Source: Chitinophagaceae bacterium
Lineage (GTDB): Bacteria > Bacteroidota > Bacteroidia > Chitinophagales > Chitinophagaceae
Direction: 5' to 3'
Length of the DNA: 64,000 nucleotides
Assembly (NCBI GenBank): GCA_025449645.1
Contig: JANWIY010000015.1
Coordinates: 6,615-70,614 of the forward strand
In this document: piece by piece, positions 57,220 to 64,000 of the stretch
How the letters are laid out: each line of letters starts with the position of its first letter
How positions within the stretch are numbered: position 1 is the stretch's first letter
The notes under the pieces: model-generated
What the model was told of the DNA's origin: nothing
Databases searched by the model: none
What the model saw: only the letters and a program-made list of their open reading frames with translations
Program-made: the position numbers and the translations under genes

Positions 57220-58293
57220 ATGATTTCCCTGAATTTCAGTAAAAAATTACTCTTGTGGAACTCCACTGAAAATACGCGCCAGATGCCCTGGAAAGGAGAA
57301 AAGGACCCTTACCTGATTTGGCTGAGTGAAATCATTCTTCAGCAAACCCGTGTGGACCGGGGATTGGCATATTATGAGAAATTCGTTTCCAAATATCCGA
57401 CTGTAAAATTACTTGCGAAGGCGAAGGGAAAAGAAGTATTTAAACTATGGGAAGGATTGGGTTATTATAATCGTTGCCGCAACCTCATATCCTCAGCAAA
57501 AATAATAGCATCCGTTCATCAGGGAAGATTTCCATCATCCCTGGAACGAATCCTGGAGTTGCCTGGGATCGGTCCCTACACAGCTGCGGCTATTGCCTCC
57601 TTTGCTTTCGGACTTCCTTACGCCGTGCTTGATGGAAATGTGCAACGCGTGTTGGCCAGATATTTTGGAATCAGCGCAGATTTTCAATCAGCTGCAGGGA
57701 AAAGTCTTTATCAATCGCTGGCCCAGGCCCTTTTATATCAGAATGATCCGGCAATTTATAATCAGGCCATCATGGATTTTGGCGCGGTAGTCTGCAAGCC
57801 GAAAAATCCTTTGTGTGCACATTGTCCTCTGTCAAAAAATTGCCAGGCGTTTCAGCATCATTGGGTCGGTTTGCTGCCTTTTGCTTTAAAAGCCGCCCCA
57901 AGAAAAATACGCTGGTTTTATTATTTCGTTGCAGACGCCGGCGATGGAAAATACTGGATCAGGGAACGAAAGCAAAAGGATATCTGGGAGAATCTGTTTG
58001 AATTTGTTTTGTGGGAAACTGGGCAAATAATGCCTCAAAGCGGAATTCAAAACTCCGGCTTTGTGCAGGAACATTTTGGGAAAGCCGGCTTCCGGATCCT
58101 TCATATCTCAGAAATGATTACCCAAACGCTTACTCATCAAACGATTAATGGACTTTTTGTCCACATCAGGCTGAATAAGCGGCGGAAGAGCCTGCCTGAA
58201 TACCGGCTTATAGCCGCAGATCAATTTAACCAATATCCCTTTCCCCGGCTAATCCGGACCTATCTGAAAGAATACGCTCACTTGCTGGCCTGA
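57220..58293 (+). CDS. mutY: A/G-specific adenine glycosylase
   Basis: WLSEIILQQT, WEGLGYY.R, LPGIGPYTA, DGNV.RV, C......C..C.....C Fe-S cluster. Confidence 0.95.
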   Translation: MISLNFSKKLLLWNSTENTRQMPWKGEKDPYLIWLSEIILQQTRVDRGLAYYEKFVSKYPTVKLLAKAKGKEVFKLWEGLGYYNRCRNLISSAKIIASVHQGRFPSSLERILELPGIGPYTAAAIASFAFGLPYAVLDGNVQRVLARYFGISADFQSAAGKSLYQSLAQALLYQNDPAIYNQAIMDFGAVVCKPKNPLCAHCPLSKNCQAFQHHWVGLLPFALKAAPRKIRWFYYFVADAGDGKYWIRERKQKDIWENLFEFVLWETGQIMPQSGIQNSGFVQEHFGKAGFRILHISEMITQTLTHQTINGLFVHIRLNKRRKSLPEYRLIAADQFNQYPFPRLIRTYLKEYAHLLA

Positions 58294-58399
58294 ATTCTGG
58301 TAAAGGTTTTGATGGTTATTTACCGGATAATCCTTGCCGGGTTTTCCTTAAAACAGAAATGGCCGTCAGCACCAGCAATATTAAATTAAAACATCGGGT

Positions 58400-58834
58400 A
58401 TGAGGGGAGTAAACAGGGTAATGCTAATCGGAAATTTGGGCAAGGATCCGGATGTCCAGTACCTGGAAGGAAATATCGGTGTCGCTAAATTTTCGCTTGC
58501 TACAACGGAAACATTCAAAGACAGGGCAGGTAAATTGATTTCGCAAACAGAATGGCACACGGTGGTTCTCTGGAGAGGATTGGCGGAACTTGCCAGCAAA
58601 TATCTGCATAAGGGAAGCCTTGTTTATATAGAAGGAAGGCTGCGAACCCGCAGCTGGGAAGATAAAGAGGGTAATAAAAAATTTGCCACTGAAGTGGTTG
58701 GCGACAATCTGATCATGCTTGATAAACGATCCGATGCTGCTCATTCTCATCTGCCTCCCCGGGAAGGAATGGAAGGAATGAATGGCGCCGACGGACCATC
58801 CGTGGGCGAACCTTCACCCGATTTGCCTTATTGA
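58400..58834 (+). CDS. ssb: Single-stranded DNA-binding protein
   Basis: NRV.LIGNLG.DP, TEWH, KG..VYIEG.L.TR.W, C-terminal DLPY. Confidence 0.96.
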   Translation: MRGVNRVMLIGNLGKDPDVQYLEGNIGVAKFSLATTETFKDRAGKLISQTEWHTVVLWRGLAELASKYLHKGSLVYIEGRLRTRSWEDKEGNKKFATEVVGDNLIMLDKRSDAAHSHLPPREGMEGMNGADGPSVGEPSPDLPY

Positions 58835-58938
58835 AGGAAATAGCCGGAGATTTTATATAAATTTACCGTCCTGAAATAACTGGACGGAGTTTACCGGTCG
58901 GGCGGACGACCATGGACCTTTAACGAAACCGGACTATT

Positions 58939-60258
58939 TTGGATCACCCTTTTTACATGTCAACAGCAAACGGGTTGCCTGATTTTCTGCTCATCATCAA
59001 TGTTCAGGCTACAACGGTCCTTGTAATTCTCATTCTCTTTTTTCTAGTCATGTCTTTTATCGTTTCCGGATCCCGGATCGCTTTTTTCTCTCTCAGTGAT
59101 AAGGAAATTAACATACTGAAAACAAAACAAGACAGTTCATGGAGAAGGATCGTAAATCTGCTGGATGACCCCAAGGCCCTCCTGGCTTCGCTGCTGATTG
59201 CAAATATTCTGCTGAATATCGGTATCATTATTCTTTCCAATTTTCTCATTGACCAGGTCATTCCTTTTAAGCAGGACTACTGGTTTTTTGAGTTTCTGAT
59301 CAAAGTGATCATGGTTAGTTTTGTCCTTATTCTTTTTGGAGAAGTTATGCCAAAGGTTTGGGCAAGCCAGAATACGCTCCAGTTTGCTTTTTATACTTCA
59401 GGCGTAACGGAAGTCATTCATTTGCTTTTTAAACGTGTGGGGATTCTGCTCGCCTTTCAGTCGGAAAAACTGGAACGCTTATTTGGCGGTCAGCGTTCAG
59501 CAGCGAACAGCCTGGAGGAACTGGACCACGCGATTGACAATGACACGACGGCGGAAGAAAAAAACATCCTGAAAGGCATCATCAAATTTGGCCATATTAC
59601 AGTGAAGCAGATCATGAAGACCCGCCTGGATGTGAGTGGGGTTGAAGACAGGCTTAACTTCGGGCAATTGAAACAAAAGGTGGAGGAGTTACATTATTCT
59701 CGCCTGCCGGTATACAAGAAAAGCCTGGATGAAATTTGCGGTATGGTTCATACAAAGGATCTCATTCCTTATCTGAATGAGTCTGATACATTCGACTGGC
59801 GCGGACTGCTCCGGGCCCCGTATTTTGTTCATGAACACAAAATGATCAAAGACCTGATGCAGGAATTCCAGACAGACCGCATCCATTTTGCCGTTGTTGT
59901 TGACGAATTCGGAGGAACGAGCGGAATTGTTACCCTTGAAGACATAATGGAAGAAGTGATCGGGGATATAAAGGATGAATTTGACGAGGATGATGGTTCC
60001 TCCACCAAACAGGAGGACGGAAGCTTTGTATTTGAAGGTAGAATGATGATGAATGACGTGTGCAAAGTGATGAACCTTCCCGTCGATACCTTTGATCTGG
60101 TAAAGGGGGATTCCGACTCGCTTGCAGGACTTATCCTCGAACTGGCCGGAGAAATTCCAAAAATTAACGACGTGATCGCCTGCGGTGATTTTCAGTTTAC
60201 GATTCTGGAGGCAGACAGCAGTCGAATTAAGAAGGTTAAAGTGAGCATTAAACAATAA
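58939..60258 (+). CDS. gldE: Gliding motility-associated protein GldE (DUF21-CBS-CorC)
   Basis: SG..IAFFSL, FGEVMPK, YSRLPVY, VVDEFGGTSG; located between ssb and gldD. Confidence 0.88.
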   Translation: MDHPFYMSTANGLPDFLLIINVQATTVLVILILFFLVMSFIVSGSRIAFFSLSDKEINILKTKQDSSWRRIVNLLDDPKALLASLLIANILLNIGIIILSNFLIDQVIPFKQDYWFFEFLIKVIMVSFVLILFGEVMPKVWASQNTLQFAFYTSGVTEVIHLLFKRVGILLAFQSEKLERLFGGQRSAANSLEELDHAIDNDTTAEEKNILKGIIKFGHITVKQIMKTRLDVSGVEDRLNFGQLKQKVEELHYSRLPVYKKSLDEICGMVHTKDLIPYLNESDTFDWRGLLRAPYFVHEHKMIKDLMQEFQTDRIHFAVVVDEFGGTSGIVTLEDIMEEVIGDIKDEFDEDDGSSTKQEDGSFVFEGRMMMNDVCKVMNLPVDTFDLVKGDSDSLAGLILELAGEIPKINDVIACGDFQFTILEADSSRIKKVKVSIKQ

Positions 60259-60270
60259 AAACAATTCATT

Positions 60271-60873
60271 TTGTTCAAAGGATCCGGCCCGATTTTCTGC
60301 ATGTTGCTTTTCAATATCCTGATTGCGTGCAACAGTGTGTATACACCAAAGCCCCGTGGCTATTTCCGGATTGATTTTCCAAAACATGAATATCAGTCAT
60401 TCAACAATCCGGAGTTTCCCTATTCTTTTGACTATCCGGTTTATGGGATGATCGTAAGGGATACTTCTTTTTTTGGTGATAAGCCTGAAAATCCATACTG
60501 GATCAACGTTGATTTTCCGCGCTTCCATGCGCGAATTTATATGAGCTATAAAAACGTGGATAGTAATAATTTCTCCAGGCTGAGGGATGATGCTTATAAA
60601 ATGACCTATAAGAATACATATAAAGCTACTTCCATTGCAGACTCTCCATTTGCAACTCCGCTTGGGGTCCACGGCGTATTTTTTCATGTAGGCGGCGACG
60701 CTGCTACTGCGAATCAGTTTTTCGTAAGTGATTCTGTAAAACATTTTCTGAGAGGTGCTTTGTATTTTGACAGCACCCCAAATGAGGATTCCCTGAATAT
60801 TGTGAATCAGTTTCTCCAGGAGGATATGGACCATCTTATAAACACCCTGAAGTGGAAGAACGCGCAAAAGTGA
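60271..60873 (+). CDS. gldD: Gliding motility lipoprotein GldD
   Basis: Lipobox LIAC, PKPRGYFRIDFP, G.AAT..QF...DS..HFLRGALYF...PN.DSL. Confidence 0.93.
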   Translation: MFKGSGPIFCMLLFNILIACNSVYTPKPRGYFRIDFPKHEYQSFNNPEFPYSFDYPVYGMIVRDTSFFGDKPENPYWINVDFPRFHARIYMSYKNVDSNNFSRLRDDAYKMTYKNTYKATSIADSPFATPLGVHGVFFHVGGDAATANQFFVSDSVKHFLRGALYFDSTPNEDSLNIVNQFLQEDMDHLINTLKWKNAQK

Positions 60874-60927
60874 TTGCCATTCATATGCCTTTTCTCCTAA
60901 CTTTGCGCGGATCATCAATTTCCCCCC

Positions 60928-61515
60928 TTGATAGCCATAGACAATAAATTAATCAGCGATGAGGTGGCGTCTGAGCAGTTTGTGTGCGACCTCAATTCCT
61001 GCAAAGGAGGCTGTTGTGAGGACGGAGATACGGGCGCGCCACTCGAAAATACGGAGCTTCAGACCCTTCGCGATCTTTACCCTTCAGTAAAGCCTTATCT
61101 TACACCGGAAGGAATAAAAGTTCTCGAAGAAGATGGGCTCTATACTTATGATCAGGAGTTTGGCTGGGTCACGCCTACGGTTGGCGGACAGATTTGCGCC
61201 TATGGATTCAGGGACAGGCGGGGGGTTATCAAATGTGGGATTGAACAAGCTTATATCGACAAAAAAATATCCTGGAAGAAGCCCATTAGCTGTCATCTTT
61301 TCCCGATAAAAATAACCCGGAGTAAGCGTCAGGACCTTGAATATGTAAACTATGAACCGCGGGAAGATCTTTGCCGGGCCGCATGTAAGTTGGGGAAAAA
61401 ATTGAAAGTTCCGGTATATTCATTTTTAAGAGAAGCTATTATCCGGAAGTATGGAATTGAATTTTATCATAGCCTTGAAACAACCGCCAAACACCTAAAA
61501 AGGAACAAATCCTGA
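60928..61515 (+). CDS. DUF3109 family Cys-rich protein
   Basis: F.CDL..CKG.CC..GD.GAPL, C.IE, KPISCHLFP; TAACTTTG at 60898-60905. Confidence 0.88.
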   Translation: MIAIDNKLISDEVASEQFVCDLNSCKGGCCEDGDTGAPLENTELQTLRDLYPSVKPYLTPEGIKVLEEDGLYTYDQEFGWVTPTVGGQICAYGFRDRRGVIKCGIEQAYIDKKISWKKPISCHLFPIKITRSKRQDLEYVNYEPREDLCRAACKLGKKLKVPVYSFLREAIIRKYGIEFYHSLETTAKHLKRNKS

Positions 61516-61524
61516 TCTTGTTTT

Positions 61525-62184
61525 ATGCGAATTTCCCCTTCAGCTTTTTTATCTATCATTTTCCTGTTTTTCAGTTTCTATGTTTCGGCACAGACGCCTG
61601 AGGCCTGGAAGGCATACCGGGTACAACCTGCTCATTCATATGCCCTCAATTCCGGTAAACTGTTCCATAATAAAAAGAAAGCCGGGCTGGAAAATAATCT
61701 TGCTGATTTTTATTTGTATAGAAACGGAGAACTGGTTAAACCGCCAAAAAAATTCCAGCATGATTTTTTCCCTGCCGGCTGTCTTTGTTTCAAATATGAT
61801 GATACCTTACTGCTCAATAGCGGATTGGGCTCATCGGTCGGGATCGGTGTCGGAATAAAAATTTACGGTGGCAAGTTTACAGGATCCCTGCATGCGAACA
61901 ATCAAAATAAACTGGTTTATAAGCAATCCCTGGACGATAGTATTTATCTGGAAAGTATTCTCGAGGAACCTGTGAGCCAATCACTCAAATTGTACAGGAA
62001 CCCCAGCTTTGCTGCCGGGGAAGTTATTATTGGAGAATACCATGCGATCTACAAGAAGTTTTACCAAAAAAATTCGCACGATAAGGACCAAATCCGCAGA
62101 TATGAGGTCAGGATCATTTTCAAATGCCGTGTAACCGGGGGCGTGGACAGTATGAAAACCCTTACGGGTATGAACAACAAATAG
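61525..62184 (+). CDS. Exported hypothetical protein
   Basis: Signal peptide ending VSA-Q; fills the gap between co-oriented genes. Confidence 0.65.
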   Translation: MRISPSAFLSIIFLFFSFYVSAQTPEAWKAYRVQPAHSYALNSGKLFHNKKKAGLENNLADFYLYRNGELVKPPKKFQHDFFPAGCLCFKYDDTLLLNSGLGSSVGIGVGIKIYGGKFTGSLHANNQNKLVYKQSLDDSIYLESILEEPVSQSLKLYRNPSFAAGEVIIGEYHAIYKKFYQKNSHDKDQIRRYEVRIIFKCRVTGGVDSMKTLTGMNNK

Positions 62185-62223
62185 GCATACAGGTCCCTCA
62201 TCCTTATTTATTACCTTCATCTC

Positions 62224-63606
62224 ATGGGCACAACTGACCGGAAAGCTGACTTTTTAACCAGGAGCAATATTAAGGCGGTGGATATGGATCACCGCAACAA
62301 AATCAATTTTAATATCAGCCAGTACGATGCTATTGTGCCCCGGGGTAAGGAACAATTTGCCAATGTAAACCTGGCGAGGGAACGTGCAAAGAATATTAAA
62401 TGGAGGGCATTGGAAACCCTTGATCAGCAGCTCGAACGTTTTGAGGAGGCATTCAGGAAGAGAGGGGGAAAGGTGATCTGGGCAGAAGACGGGGAAACTG
62501 CACTGAAGGAGATTTTGCTTATCTGCCGTGAGAAGCATTGCAAGAGCATTGTGAAAAGCAAGAGCATGGTCACTGAAGAAATTCATCTCAATGATTTCCT
62601 GGAGGAGAACGGCATTGAAAGTATCGAAACGGACCTTGGAGAATACATTCAGCAGCTCGACCATGAGCCGCCTTATCATATTGTAACTCCGGCGATGCAC
62701 AAGAGTAAGGAAGATATTGCAAAGCTTTTCCATCAAAAGCTGAATTCTGCGCCCAATCTTTCTCCTGCTGAGCTGACCATGGTAGCGCGGGATATTCTTC
62801 GCAAAAAATACCTGAACGCTTCCATAGGTATCACGGGGGCGAATTTCATAATCGCCGATACAGGAAGCATTGCCTTAACTGAAAATGAAGGCAATGGCAG
62901 ATTGAGTTGCTCTTTTCCAAAAACCCATATTGTTGTAACCGGAATAGAAAAAGTGATCCCGTCTCTCACTGATCTTGCCCTGTTCTGGCCCCTGCTTTCC
63001 ACCTTCGGGACGGGTCAGCGCCTGACGACCTACAATTCGATCATCTCGGGTCCGAAGCAGTCCGGAGAATACGACGGTCCGGAAGACATGATTGTTATCC
63101 TGCTGGACAATGGAAGAACCAATATGCTGGCCAATGCCAAAGTACGTGAAAGCCTGTATTGTATCCGCTGCGGAGCCTGTCTGAATGCCTGTCCTGTTTA
63201 TAAAAATATTGGCGGACACAGTTATGGAACTGCTTACAGCGGACCGATTGGCGCAGTCATTACTCCGCATCTCCGGGGAATGGGAGAATGGAAGCACCTG
63301 AGTTATGCGTCTTCACTGTGCGGAAATTGCACAGAAGTGTGTGCAGTTAAAATCAACCTTCATGAAATACTGCTCGAAAACAGGCACGAAGCTGTTCAAA
63401 CAGGTGCTGCAGGCTGGATGGAAAAACTTGCCTGGCATGCATGGAAACAGGCCAGTCTGCACAGGAACAGGATGAATATGGGTAATTACAAAATGAAGAA
63501 CTGGATTGTCAACAGAATGTTTAAAGGATGGACCAGACAAAGAGCAGATCTTCATTTTCCGGAAAAGAGTTTTAATGAACGTTGGAACGAAAGGAAGATC
63601 TCATAA
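62224..63606 (+). CDS. LutB/LldF family L-lactate oxidation Fe-S protein
   Basis: KSKSMVTEE, ETDLGE.I.QL, HIV.PA.H, ENEGN, CIRCGAC...CPVY, YSGPIG, LCG.C..VC. Confidence 0.92.
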   Translation: MGTTDRKADFLTRSNIKAVDMDHRNKINFNISQYDAIVPRGKEQFANVNLARERAKNIKWRALETLDQQLERFEEAFRKRGGKVIWAEDGETALKEILLICREKHCKSIVKSKSMVTEEIHLNDFLEENGIESIETDLGEYIQQLDHEPPYHIVTPAMHKSKEDIAKLFHQKLNSAPNLSPAELTMVARDILRKKYLNASIGITGANFIIADTGSIALTENEGNGRLSCSFPKTHIVVTGIEKVIPSLTDLALFWPLLSTFGTGQRLTTYNSIISGPKQSGEYDGPEDMIVILLDNGRTNMLANAKVRESLYCIRCGACLNACPVYKNIGGHSYGTAYSGPIGAVITPHLRGMGEWKHLSYASSLCGNCTEVCAVKINLHEILLENRHEAVQTGAAGWMEKLAWHAWKQASLHRNRMNMGNYKMKNWIVNRMFKGWTRQRADLHFPEKSFNERWNERKIS

Positions 63607-63609
63607 GAA

Positions 63610-64000
63610 ATGTTGCTTTATTGCGAACATACAAGTCCGCGGTTATCGTATATAATTGAGCTGATCGGGAATGAGATTTTCTATGAGCCGGTCAGACTGA
63701 CTACAGACAAAACTTCGTTTCTTGCTGAACCCGGACCGAAAATCAATTATTCGACTTCCCGTTTGAATGCTGATGAATTTTTTATACGCAGCCATACCCT
63801 ACTATTTGAAACGGGAATCCGGGAACATACAATTATTTGTTTTTTCTTCCGTGAGATGCCTGCTTTTTTTGGAACGGAAGCTGATTATCCCTTCGACATT
63901 TTTGCAGCAGCTTTCTATTTACTGAGCCGCTATGAAGAATACCTTTCATTTAAGCCGGACGAATACGGGAGGTTTCCGTTTCGCGATTCACTGGCATCCC
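63610..64000 (+). CDS. DUF7033 / polysaccharide deacetylase-associated protein, N-terminal part
   Basis: Manual translation MLLYCEHTSPRLSYI...FDIFAAAFYLLSRYEEY...DEYGRF; frame open to window end. Confidence 0.8.
   Translation, partial: MLLYCEHTSPRLSYIIELIGNEIFYEPVRLTTDKTSFLAEPGPKINYSTSRLNADEFFIRSHTLLFETGIREHTIICFFFREMPAFFGTEADYPFDIFAAAFYLLSRYEEYLSFKPDEYGRFPFRDSLAS

Overview
A gene-dense, mostly housekeeping segment of a Bacteroidota chromosome, most likely Chitinophagaceae (inferred from gldD/gldE, a T9SS cargo C-terminus, TAnnTTTG promoters and protein style). It holds about 60 CDSs, including murA, gmk, tatC, adk, msrB, cysS, rlmD, kdnB-like, kdsB, obgE, serC, a TetR-TolC-MFP-RND efflux operon, ricT-holB, radA, an RNase E/G gene, HU/IHF, mutY, ssb and gldE/gldD. 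I see no rRNA, tRNA, CRISPR array, transposase or integrase. All product calls come from recognising motifs by eye; no database search was run. The most interesting signals lie outside the ORF track: (1) a candidate ~85-nt sRNA or attenuator with its own promoter and terminator upstream of radA; (2) two intergenic elements with inverted tandem-repeat arms between convergent genes; (3) an unannotated 31-aa bS22-type ribosomal protein; (4) an apparently catalytically dead rhomboid next to an active one; (5) a beta-lactamase-fold protein lacking its catalytic motifs; (6) palindromes inside an ORF6N gene; (7) a duplicated TetR operator half-site; (8) several probable leaderless genes. No large novel multi-gene system is evident.
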